DNA of 64,000 bases from IMG/VR virus record IMGVR_UViG_2630968748_000003; one strand, given 5' to 3'. The DNA comes from a virus. This document shows positions 26,602 through 34,586 of the stretch, in pieces; within the stretch, counting starts at the first letter, position 1; each line of letters opens with the position of its first letter. Below the pieces are notes generated by a model. It did no database searches and was not told where the DNA came from. It was given only the letters and a program-made list of their open reading frames with translations. The translations under genes and the position numbers were made by a program.

Positions 26602-27330
26602 CTATCTAGAAATAACTGAGTTATTTTCCAGAAACTTATTAATAAAATATTGTTGGCCCTTACCAGTAACTTTTGGAGTTTTTGTTACTACCGTGACTCC
26701 GTCTGAATTAACATGGCTTGACTCTTTAATCTTGAATAAGCCTAAGTCCATCGATTTTTGAGTTGGAGAATTATAATCTGCGCCTTTGCGTTTGATTAAG
26801 TACCCGTTATCTCTCATCCATTGGAATAAACGTCTTGCACCAGTATCAACACCATTACCTTTGATGATTTTGGCAAGATCACCAACTAAGATAGTGGTAT
26901 GTGATGTTGCTACCGAATCTGCAAATATTGCCTTAGGTTTCATCACTTCTAACTGTTCCTGTTGGTCTGCCGCCAAACGTAAAGCTTCAGCCATTGTCGA
27001 TGGAATTTTGAAACCACCTGTTTTGATTTGCTCTTCCATCTTGTTAAAGGCCTCAATATATTGCATCTTGAATCTAAGAGCTTTTTTGCCTGTGAATCCC
27101 ATAGCTAATAATGTGAAGCCGTCTCGATTCATGTAATACATTGGGTATTGTTTTCCGCGATTTTCATGTGTAGATTTTAAAAATATTTGGCTGCTCAAAA
27201 CTGAGCTGTCAGATTCCAATAGATGTTCGATGTCACGAATTATATTTTTATGTTCTTTATTAAACGTTTCTGCAACTTGTAAACTGCTAGTTACTGCTTG
27301 TTGATCTTTCATAATTACTAAATCGTTCAT
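26602..27330 (-). CDS. Antirepressor (Rha N-terminus + KilAC/ANT C-terminus)
   Basis: TSSLQVAETFNKEH..MNRDGFTLLAMGFTG; PKAIFAD..KVTGKGQQYF. Confidence 0.92.
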   Translation of the reverse strand: MNDLVIMKDQQAVTSSLQVAETFNKEHKNIIRDIEHLLESDSSVLSSQIFLKSTHENRGKQYPMYYMNRDGFTLLAMGFTGKKALRFKMQYIEAFNKMEEQIKTGGFKIPSTMAEALRLAADQQEQLEVMKPKAIFADSVATSHTTILVGDLAKIIKGNGVDTGARRLFQWMRDNGYLIKRKGADYNSPTQKSMDLGLFKIKESSHVNSDGVTVVTKTPKVTGKGQQYFINKFLENNSVISR

Positions 27331-27380
27331 TTTTTATTTTTCCCTTCCTAAAACTTTTGATTCGCAATTATATTTTTCAA

Positions 27381-27617
27381 TCAATGAATCCGTTCTTTAT
27401 TGGGAACGTCCTTTGTAAAAAAAATCCCGAGCTCATCCCTTGAGAATCCAAGAATAGTGGCCATTTTAGCTAATTCATCAGCACCAATCGATACGAAACC
27501 ATTTTCACGTTTTGCATAGGGTGTTCTTGTGCTCCAGCCCATGCGACTCGCCATTTGATCTTGTGTGATTCCTCTTGCAATTCGTTCTGCTTTTAATCTT
27601 CTCAAATTGATTGTCAT
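27381..27617 (-). CDS. cro: Cro-like XRE HTH repressor
   Basis: LKAERIARGITQDQMA..YAKRENG; divergent from cI. Confidence 0.88.
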   Translation of the reverse strand: MTINLRRLKAERIARGITQDQMASRMGWSTRTPYAKRENGFVSIGADELAKMATILGFSRDELGIFFTKDVPNKERIH

Positions 27618-27758
27618 TGTCAATCACCTCCGTTCTCTTTCGAGTACGATACTTACTATAAAGGGTATGTTCTCGTTTGTCAACACTTTTTGCTAAATTA
27701 AATACATAAAGATGTTTTATTCCTATGTATTGTATTCTTTTGGGAACGATGATATAAT
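27392..27758. promoter_or_regulatory. Genetic switch: divergent promoters and four 16-bp operators
   Basis: Minus strand TTGACA(27678-83)-17-TATAGT(27655-60); plus strand TTGTAT(27730-35)-17-TATAAT(27753-58); operators at 27392, 27632, 27669, 27732. Confidence 0.8.
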
Positions 27759-27807
27759 AGAAACATGTTAAGGAAACATAGTATTTAAATAGTTTTAGGA
27801 GAAAATT

Positions 27808-28422
27808 ATGAGAACTAACGATGAAATTATGAATATATTAGATGATTTAAAATCAAAACAAAATTTATCTATAAGTGAAATAGCACGCAGAACCGGTATG
27901 GCTAAATCAGCTGTTTCCAGATATTTTAATAGAACAAGAGAATTCCCTTTAAATCGCGTAAATGATTTTGCCAAAGCATTTCATATAGAACCTGATTATT
28001 TATTGAATATCGATAACTCTCAATCTCCTAAGCATAAAACTGCAATGATTCCTATACTAGGCGAAATTGCATGTGGAGATCCAATAACTGCAGAAGAAAA
28101 TATAGAAGGATATTTGGAGGAGCCTGAGGACTCGCTCCCAAGTGGTACCGTATTCTATCTAGTTGCTAAAGGTCATTCAATGGAGCCTACCATCCCTAAT
28201 GGCTCCAATGTCTTAATTAGAGAGCAACCAGAAGTTGAGGACGATGAAATAGCTGCAGTCCTAGTTAATAGTGATACAGAAGCAACTTTGAAACGGGTTA
28301 AACATTCTGGGAACATTGTAATGCTTATGCCAGATAACAAGGACTATGATCCAATTATAGTAACCAAAGACAGCCCTGCTCGTATTCTTGGCAAAGCAAT
28401 CAGATATACAACTGAACTGTAG
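27808..28422 (+). CDS. cI: CI repressor, XRE HTH + S24 peptidase
   Basis: GEIACG cleavage region, GHSMEP serine and TLKRV lysine. Confidence 0.95.
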   Translation: MRTNDEIMNILDDLKSKQNLSISEIARRTGMAKSAVSRYFNRTREFPLNRVNDFAKAFHIEPDYLLNIDNSQSPKHKTAMIPILGEIACGDPITAEENIEGYLEEPEDSLPSGTVFYLVAKGHSMEPTIPNGSNVLIREQPEVEDDEIAAVLVNSDTEATLKRVKHSGNIVMLMPDNKDYDPIIVTKDSPARILGKAIRYTTEL

Positions 28423-28425
28423 TTT

Positions 28426-28455
28426 AATGTCCAAACACTGATGACAATAAAAGCT
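28426..28455 (+). promoter_or_regulatory. Single copy of the hairpin+AAAAGCT motif in the ltp leader
   Basis: TGTC-CAAACACTGAT-GACA-AT-AAAAGCT, same spacing as the scaffold elements. Confidence 0.6.
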
Positions 28456-28479
28456 GACTATTGGGAGGAATTACAAATT

Positions 28480-29025
28480 ATGAAAAGAGAAGAAAATAAG
28501 AAAAAACCTTTCTATAAGAAATGGTGGTTCTGGTTAATCGTTGCATTTGCAATTATTATTGTAGGAAATACAATCTCCGACAGTGGAAATAAAACAACAC
28601 CTGAAAGTACAAAGACCGAAAAAACTACCCCGAAAGCTAATACAAAAGAAACAAAAGAGGCAGAAAAGAAAGTAAAAAACTTCTTTAAATCTGATGATTC
28701 TAAAAAAGAAGATAATGTACCAGCTGAATATAAATCAGCACTAAATAAAGCTAAAACATATTCGAACCTTATGTATATGTCGAAACAAGGTATTTATGAC
28801 CAACTAACTTCTGAGTACGGAGATAAATTTTCTGCCGAAGCAGCACAATATGCTGTAGATAATCTAAAGGCTGACTACAATAAAAATGCACTTAAAAAAG
28901 CTAAATCTTATCAAAAAGACCAAGATATGTCATCTGAAGGCATTAGAGATCAATTAACATCAGAATATGGCGAAAAGTTTACACAATCTGAGGCGGATTA
29001 CGCAGTACAGCATTTAAACGACTAG
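28480..29025 (+). CDS. ltp: Ltp-family superinfection exclusion protein
   Basis: TM anchor and two Ltp repeats (ALNKAKTY..SKQGIYDQLTSEYGDKF..AQYAVDNL). Confidence 0.9.
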   Translation: MKREENKKKPFYKKWWFWLIVAFAIIIVGNTISDSGNKTTPESTKTEKTTPKANTKETKEAEKKVKNFFKSDDSKKEDNVPAEYKSALNKAKTYSNLMYMSKQGIYDQLTSEYGDKFSAEAAQYAVDNLKADYNKNALKKAKSYQKDQDMSSEGIRDQLTSEYGEKFTQSEADYAVQHLND

Positions 29026-29034
29026 GAGCAAATA

Positions 29035-29400
29035 ATGACAAAACTACTATGGAAGACTTTTATATTTATAATCAGCTTTATAATAATTGTTAGAGTTTTA
29101 TTTGATCCATCAATGTTATTTTACACAATTCCTTTTATTATAATATTAGCAGTAATATTATTGGGATTATATAAATTTGGAAGGCCCTATTTTGATAAGA
29201 TGCTTGGATTTTTAAAAGTAAAAACTCCAGAATTAACAAAAAATGTATCTCAAAAAACCACAGGATACATTAAAGAAAAAAGCACTGAAAAGAAAAATAA
29301 AAAACTGGATTTAGATAAATTAGAAGAAATGCATAAACTTGTTGAAAAAGGTGTTTTAACACAAGAAGAATTTAACAAGAAAAAAGAGGAAATGCTATAA
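29035..29400 (+). CDS. Membrane protein with a C-terminal SHOCT domain
   Basis: Two TM segments; LEEMHKLVEKGVLTQEEFNKKKEEML. Confidence 0.85.
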   Translation: MTKLLWKTFIFIISFIIIVRVLFDPSMLFYTIPFIIILAVILLGLYKFGRPYFDKMLGFLKVKTPELTKNVSQKTTGYIKEKSTEKKNKKLDLDKLEEMHKLVEKGVLTQEEFNKKKEEML

Positions 29401-29410
29401 ATTCTCATTA

Positions 29411-29440
29411 AATAAGCCACCCTAGGCTTATTTATTTTTA
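29411..29440 (+). terminator. Intrinsic terminator after the ltp operon
   Basis: AATAAGCC/GGCTTATT stem and T-rich tail. Confidence 0.7.
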
Positions 29441-29468
29441 CTCAAATTACGTTTTTGGAGGTGTAATT

Positions 29469-29546
29469 ATGGCTCAAATATACAAAAAGCAAGGTTCTTG
29501 GGCTTTTCACGTTTACTACAAAGATGATCAAGGAAAACGCAAATAG
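29469..29546 (+). pseudogene. 25-codon N-terminal fragment of a different tyrosine integrase
   Basis: GGAGGTG RBS; MAQIYKKQGSWAFHVYYKDDQGKRK-stop. Confidence 0.7.
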
Positions 29547-29709
29547 CCCTCTTCAAACACAAGAGGACGCAATGAACGATAAACTACTACCAAAGAAAAA
29601 AACACAAGGTGTAGTAGTGTTTGAATTAGAAAACACAAATAAAGTAACAGTTAAATTTTCTAATTCTGATTTCAAGAATATTGGATCAAAAACTTATAAT
29701 GTTCAATAG
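29533..29709 (+). pseudogene. C-terminal fragment of a phage surface lipoprotein (DUF5067/DUF4352-like)
   Basis: DKLLPKKKTQGVVVFELENTNKVTVKF..IGSKTY; lacks an N-terminus and RBS. Confidence 0.55.
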
Positions 29710-29762
29710 CATTTAATTGTTCATGTCGTTTCTTCCCTGTTCCCACGGTGGGAGACTAAAAT

Positions 29763-30923
29763 ATGACGAAAATAAAAAAATACACAAAAAAAGACGGATC
29801 AACCGCCTACAAATTTAATATTTATTTAGGTATTGATCCGAAAACCGGAAAGAGCAAAAGAACAAATCGACATTTTGCAACTCTCAAAGAAGCAAAAGTT
29901 GAATTAAAAAAACTAGAGTATCAAGCGACACAAGGAATTATAGAACATAAAGAAACAAATATAACCTTTGAAGAGGTTTATAATGAATGGTTCGAGGGGT
30001 ATGTGAATACTGTTCGTGAAAGTACGTGGTACAAAAAGAAAAAGATTTTTGAAAATCACATATTACCGGCATTTGGCAAATATCGAATTAGATCAATCAC
30101 TACTGCTCAAATACAAAGTGAGCTAAACAAATGGTTTAAGTCGACTACCAACAATTTCAAACCTTGGTTTTATTACACCAGTGCTATTTTCAAATATGCT
30201 ATTCAGCAACAGTACATTACTGACAACCCAGCTAAAAGAGTTATCATGCCACGAAAAACTGAACATATTGAAAAAGAACCAAACTTTTGGAATAAAGATG
30301 AGTTGAAAACCTTTTTCGATTTTATTGATTCAAAAAAAGAGTTAGAACGTTACACATTGTTTAGAATACTTGCATTCACTGGTATTAGACGTGGTGAATG
30401 TTTAGCATTAACGTGGAATGACTTTAACAACACCGAAAACATTTTGCAAATCAACAAAACACTGACGCAAGGTATTGGAGGAAAGCAGATAATTCAAGAC
30501 ACAAAGACAATTAAGGGAACTCGTACCATTCCCCTAGATACAACCACAATTAAATATTTAAACCTCTGGAGAATTCAGGATCGCAAGGAATTGTTGAAAA
30601 TGGGTTTTAATATTGGTAAAGGTTCACAGTTAATTTTTCATAGTAATACTAATCACTTTAAATCATTAAATACTCCAAAGAAATGGTTAGATTTAATAAT
30701 GAAACGTGTGAACAGTGAACAAACTTTATTACACCCAATAACCATACATGGTTTTAGACATTCCTACGCAAGTGCATTGTTTGCCTCAGGAGCAACTATT
30801 AAAGAGGCTCAAACATTGTTAGGACATGAGGACGCTCAAACAACATTAAACATATACACTCACGTAACAGCAGATCAAAACAAAGAAGCAACGGAAAAAC
30901 TGGTTAAGTTCCTGAACTTCTAA
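29763..30923 (+). CDS. int: Tyrosine integrase
   Basis: GIRRGE, HGFRH, LGH and TTLNIYTH catalytic motifs. Confidence 0.98.
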   Translation: MTKIKKYTKKDGSTAYKFNIYLGIDPKTGKSKRTNRHFATLKEAKVELKKLEYQATQGIIEHKETNITFEEVYNEWFEGYVNTVRESTWYKKKKIFENHILPAFGKYRIRSITTAQIQSELNKWFKSTTNNFKPWFYYTSAIFKYAIQQQYITDNPAKRVIMPRKTEHIEKEPNFWNKDELKTFFDFIDSKKELERYTLFRILAFTGIRRGECLALTWNDFNNTENILQINKTLTQGIGGKQIIQDTKTIKGTRTIPLDTTTIKYLNLWRIQDRKELLKMGFNIGKGSQLIFHSNTNHFKSLNTPKKWLDLIMKRVNSEQTLLHPITIHGFRHSYASALFASGATIKEAQTLLGHEDAQTTLNIYTHVTADQNKEATEKLVKFLNF

Positions 30924-31152
30924 ATGGTACTCAAAATGGTACCTAAGCGAAAAAACAGCCCTTGAGAAGCCTTGTAACTACTGATATATCGGGAGTTATT
31001 AAAATTAGTATCCGATTCCCCTCATCTCCATTTTTTAAATTTCATTACGTTTTATAAGGGCGCAAACCCTTGATAACACAACGTTTTTATTTTTTGAGGT
31101 TTTACGAAATTTCGTAGGATTTCATACTCATGGTACTCAAATGGTACTCAAA
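30924..31152. other. attP-like junction: core 31013-31030 flanked by arm-type repeats
   Basis: ATGGTACTCAA(A)-type pairs at 30924-30946 and 31130-31152; palindrome TACGAAATTTCGTA at 31103-31116. Confidence 0.9.
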
Positions 31153-31190
31153 AAAATAGTAATGTGGGAACAGCGAAGCAATAGCGAATG

Positions 31191-31222
31191 AAAAACACGT
31201 CTAAAATAGGCGTGTTTTTTTG
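31191..31222. terminator. Bidirectional terminator right of attP
   Basis: AAAAACACGTCTA/TAGGCGTGTTTTT stem with A and T runs. Confidence 0.75.
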
Positions 31223-31232
31223 TTGTCAATTA

Positions 31233-31319
31233 TTAAAATAACATTGCCTTAAAATTGATATCTTTTTGACTATCAATTATTAATCGATTTAACGGAACAT
31301 CTTGAGAATTAAACGTCAT
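31233..31319 (-). CDS. 28-aa ORF downstream of a structured leader (peptide or truncated gene)
   Basis: AAGGAAAG RBS; MTFNSQDVPLNRLIIDSQKDINFKAMLF. Confidence 0.4.
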   Translation of the reverse strand: MTFNSQDVPLNRLIIDSQKDINFKAMLF

Positions 31320-31330
31320 ATACTTTCCTT

Positions 31331-31456
31331 AAAAAAATAACCGCCCTTCAGATGAAAGACGGTCAATAATTTACGATACCGAATTGGAATAGTCTCCAAT
31401 TGTGACTAGGGGTAGATTTAAGCCTCTACCTAGCAACGTAGCGTATCGCCAACTAC
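31331..31456 (-). ncRNA. Putative ~125-nt structured RNA (three-way junction + terminator)
   Basis: TATAAT at 31457-62; P1 CGAUAC/GUAUCG encloses two hairpins; G-U-containing terminator stem followed by U7. Confidence 0.55.
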
Positions 31457-31637
31457 ATTATATACTGAATAACATTAAGCAAGAGGCATTTATAAACGAC
31501 TTGCTTCAACAAACATATTAACAGGTAGTTAATCAAGTTTCAAATTTTTTTGATCATAAACGCTACACTGATGAACAAAAAAAATCAAGAAATTATCCTC
31601 AATTCAAGTTTAATAAAACTCTCATCACTTATATAAC

Positions 31638-31676
31638 AAAAAAATACCCACACCTAAATTAATAGATGTGGGTATT
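31638..31676 (-). terminator. Terminator after the lysin
   Basis: AATACCCACA/TGTGGGTATT stem followed by a T run on the minus strand. Confidence 0.75.
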
Positions 31677-31706
31677 GTTGCCGTTCCAAAGACTAGTATA
31701 TCATGC

Positions 31707-32693
31707 TTATCCCTTAAATCCACTACCTTGCTGAAATTTAACTGGGATATATTCATCTGTGGAAACTTGGTAGCACCAGCCAACATTAGGTACTTTAAAT
31801 AGTTCTTCACCGGTTGCCCATGAAGTGCCACCTTTAAATACTTGGTTGCTGTCTTTTATGCTTTGACCTTTAGAATTGTATGCATTAACTCCGTAACCGT
31901 CTAAATAGTTAATAACAATCTTGCCCGCCTTGTCAGTGACAGACTGTGGAATGTAAGTATCATTGCCGATTTTAAAGTATGCTTTTTTATCACGTACTAG
32001 AATATCAGCTGATTGCCATGCCGTGCCACTAAGGATATCAGTCCCAATATGAGGAACGCCTTTGCTACTTGTTGTGGTAAATGCTTTGAAGTAGTCAGCC
32101 GTCACAGTCACCACATTATTAATAGTGGCTTTCTTCTCTGGTTCGGGATCGTCATCAAATCCGTTTGCAAGGTCATATGCTAGCTGTGATTTAGTGATAC
32201 CCATGCTTGCAAAGTAAGGGTAAGGATCAACGTGGTCACCGCCAAAATTATTAGTTACCCATTGATGTGTCTTGATTCCATTGCCCCCACTGTCTAGAGT
32301 GAGCGGGATACCGTAAGCATTAGCGTAGTAGCGAGCTACTTCCACATACAAACGATAGGCTTCTCTAAATTGGTGTTTGTCGCCAGTGCGGGCAAACTCG
32401 ATTTGTACTGGTGCGTATGGATTAGCCGTTAATGCTCCCCACGATACGTAGCCTGGTTCACCGATTTGGTAAACTTGTGCCTTGCCGTCCATATAACCAA
32501 CAAAAAACTGGACGTAAGCACTGCCATAGTTGTTATGCATATACTGAACCTCATGCAGTAACGCTTGTGGATCTCGTTTGTCGTTATCATTACCTGATTC
32601 GTGGAGGATAATAAAACGGTTAGAAGCTAGCCGTGTATCACCTTGATAATCGTCTAATGTGTATGTCTTATTAATGATATTAGGATTAAACAT
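31707..32693 (-). CDS. Endolysin: Amidase_2 domain + two SLAP-like binding domains
   Basis: IILHESGN, QIEF and HQWV..DHVDP motifs; C-terminal GTAWQ..YFKIG and GTSWAT..YQVSTDEYIP. Confidence 0.92.
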   Translation of the reverse strand: MFNPNIINKTYTLDDYQGDTRLASNRFIILHESGNDNDKRDPQALLHEVQYMHNNYGSAYVQFFVGYMDGKAQVYQIGEPGYVSWGALTANPYAPVQIEFARTGDKHQFREAYRLYVEVARYYANAYGIPLTLDSGGNGIKTHQWVTNNFGGDHVDPYPYFASMGITKSQLAYDLANGFDDDPEPEKKATINNVVTVTADYFKAFTTTSSKGVPHIGTDILSGTAWQSADILVRDKKAYFKIGNDTYIPQSVTDKAGKIVINYLDGYGVNAYNSKGQSIKDSNQVFKGGTSWATGEELFKVPNVGWCYQVSTDEYIPVKFQQGSGFKG

Positions 32694-32696
32694 ATT

Positions 32697-33029
32697 CTAT
32701 CCTTTCATATCCAGATTTTTTTGTTCTTTGGTTGGTTTCCATTCGGTAGAATAACCACCCGCTACGCCTTTAAATCCTGTAAATAGTCCTGCTGTACTTG
32801 CACCAACTAAAAAGCCAGCAAATCCGCTTTGATAAAGACTTGAATCATTTTGCATAAAGCCGACAAACAGACCAATTAACACCCCCAAAATCATTGATAC
32901 AAACGGTAAATACTTGTTTGCTAATTTAATCTTACTGATCTTGATTGCTTGAGTAATTGCATACACCGCAACACCAATCAATGTAAGTTCTCCTGCACTA
33001 ATCAAATTTAAACCTAAAATATAATCCAT
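32697..33029 (-). CDS. Holin (copy 2)
   Basis: Identical to 227..559. Confidence 0.85.
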   Translation of the reverse strand: MDYILGLNLISAGELTLIGVAVYAITQAIKISKIKLANKYLPFVSMILGVLIGLFVGFMQNDSSLYQSGFAGFLVGASTAGLFTGFKGVAGGYSTEWKPTKEQKNLDMKG

Positions 33030-33047
33030 GTTTTTTCCTACCTATTG

Positions 33048-33353
33048 TTATTTATTATTTTTAATACCACGCAAGCCAATCTGTCCAATTAATTGTGATT
33101 GCTCCTTTAACTCTTCAATTTGTTCGGAAAGTAAAGTAATTGAATGATTTAGCCGTGCAATTTCCGATTCTAATTGAACTATTTTTATATCCCGAGTTTG
33201 AATATCGGCTAGTTGTGCCTTTAATTTGTCGATAAGTTCACCATCGGTTTCCTTGTCCGGTGCCCTTTGGTTAATTTTCGCCACAATCACCCCCATAACG
33301 AGCGAGATAAGCATTCCCAAAACAGTAACCCAATCATGTTGCATTCTATCCAC
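33048..33353 (-). CDS. TM + coiled-coil protein (copy 2)
   Basis: Identical to 578..883. Confidence 0.7.
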   Translation of the reverse strand: MDRMQHDWVTVLGMLISLVMGVIVAKINQRAPDKETDGELIDKLKAQLADIQTRDIKIVQLESEIARLNHSITLLSEQIEELKEQSQLIGQIGLRGIKNNK

Positions 33354-33744
33354 CCGCCTTTGCTGTATGAAAAATCAATACGATCACAAAGGCGGTTAAT
33401 CCTGCACCGATCGAAAATTGATGTAACTCAATATCTATTTGAATAAATGTAATAAAAAAGAACACCCAGACGGTACTTAGTAGACCGACAAAAATGTTCT
33501 TTATGTCCCAAAGTCTTATATTCCAAATGGAAATTAAAATTCCCACAGTTGCTAGGCACATAAGTAAAGCAAACATGAACGATGTGTCTAATAATCCTAT
33601 AAAGCCCAGCCATGGGGGTGCCTGACTTAAAATATCTCTCTGGCTTTTTACAAACAAACCCAAATATGCAGTACATATTGATAGCCAAAACCATATCCAG
33701 TTGCGTTGGTAATGTCTGCCAATATGTAACAATTGTTCTTTCAT
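33346..33744 (-). CDS. Multi-pass membrane protein (copy 2)
   Basis: Identical to 876..1274. Confidence 0.7.
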   Translation of the reverse strand: MKEQLLHIGRHYQRNWIWFWLSICTAYLGLFVKSQRDILSQAPPWLGFIGLLDTSFMFALLMCLATVGILISIWNIRLWDIKNIFVGLLSTVWVFFFITFIQIDIELHQFSIGAGLTAFVIVLIFHTAKAGG

Positions 33745-33753
33745 TGTTACCTC

Positions 33754-33888
33754 CTAGTCGATTGAGCTTAGATCAATTAAATTATTTTCTCCAACGTTAA
33801 TTGTTACGATTTCCCCATCAGAATTTTTGATTTTGATAGCCCTAATTGTCTTTGTTGCTAATTCCGCAACCTTTGATAAATCGTTCAT
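33754..33888 (-). CDS. 44-aa RBP N-terminus-like protein (copy 2)
   Basis: Copy of 1284..1418. Confidence 0.7.
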   Translation of the reverse strand: MNDLSKVAELATKTIRAIKIKNSDGEIVTINVGENNLIDLSSID

Positions 33889-33898
33889 ATTAGCCCTC

Positions 33899-34585
33899 CT
33901 AATAAACCGTTATGGAGTCGAGTAGGAAACTAACCAAGCCACTAGACGCCGAACTTGCAACGGCATTGAACTGATAATCAAGCATGAGTTTGCCGTCCTG
34001 TTCATGAAAATAGTAATCGAAATATGCAGACCTTATCGAAACCATTGCAATGTCTGGAACATCTTGCAAATACATGTAACTTCCTAAACTTGAACTCTCA
34101 AACGGATAACGAACACCTTTCCCGACCATAGTTTTAAGTTGAGTTTTTGTGAATGAAACTCCGTCATCAGTCAATGTTGGTAGACCCGACGTTGAGGAAC
34201 TGATCGGGCTTTCTCGTGAAAATAGCTTTGAACTTGTGATCTCACAACCATTCAATGCTGAACCAACCAATATGTTTGTTTGTGCTTTGGAATGCTTGAC
34301 GGTCAAACCATTAGGAATATTACTTAAATCAGACTTTATTCCTTTAAGTTCAACGGTTGCCATTTTGTTGTTTGATTGATAATCAAGAATGGTTGTCTGT
34401 GGAACTGCTACGCTGTCCCCTATGTTGATAGGTGTCGAGGTTGCAAAGTCGGATAAATCAAGAACTCCGTTTTGATCGGGTGTCCGAGTTATGATCGTAC
34501 CTGCATTTTTTGGATCGTTGATTTTGACTCCAAACGCCGAACGAACCACTGCACGAGCCGTTGTTGTTAGATTATTCTCTGCCAT
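33899..34585 (-). CDS. Putative RBP (copy 2)
   Basis: Identical to 1429..2115. Confidence 0.6.
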   Translation of the reverse strand: MAENNLTTTARAVVRSAFGVKINDPKNAGTIITRTPDQNGVLDLSDFATSTPINIGDSVAVPQTTILDYQSNNKMATVELKGIKSDLSNIPNGLTVKHSKAQTNILVGSALNGCEITSSKLFSRESPISSSTSGLPTLTDDGVSFTKTQLKTMVGKGVRYPFESSSLGSYMYLQDVPDIAMVSIRSAYFDYYFHEQDGKLMLDYQFNAVASSASSGLVSFLLDSITVY

Positions 34586-34586
34586 A

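Larger units (their letters stand above)
1..31030. mobile_element. Temperate siphophage, copy 1 (left ~1.44 kb lies outside the window)
   Basis: Complete lysogeny, replication, packaging, head, tail and lysis gene order; ends at the att core after the integrase. Confidence 0.97.

Noticed and set aside
1142-26761. Many 60-130 aa plus-strand ORFs antisense to phage genes
   Set aside because: They lack RBSs and recognisable motifs and are fully explained as shadows of the minus-strand operon
31013-31030. Full tmRNA or tRNA gene within the window
   Set aside because: Only an 18-bp 3' fragment occurs, preceded by phage sequence (TCCGATT instead of a TTCGATT T-loop) at both sites
31568-31596. Hammerhead ribozyme core (CTGATGA...GAAA)
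   Set aside because: The intervening A-rich sequence cannot form stem II, and no flanking stems are evident
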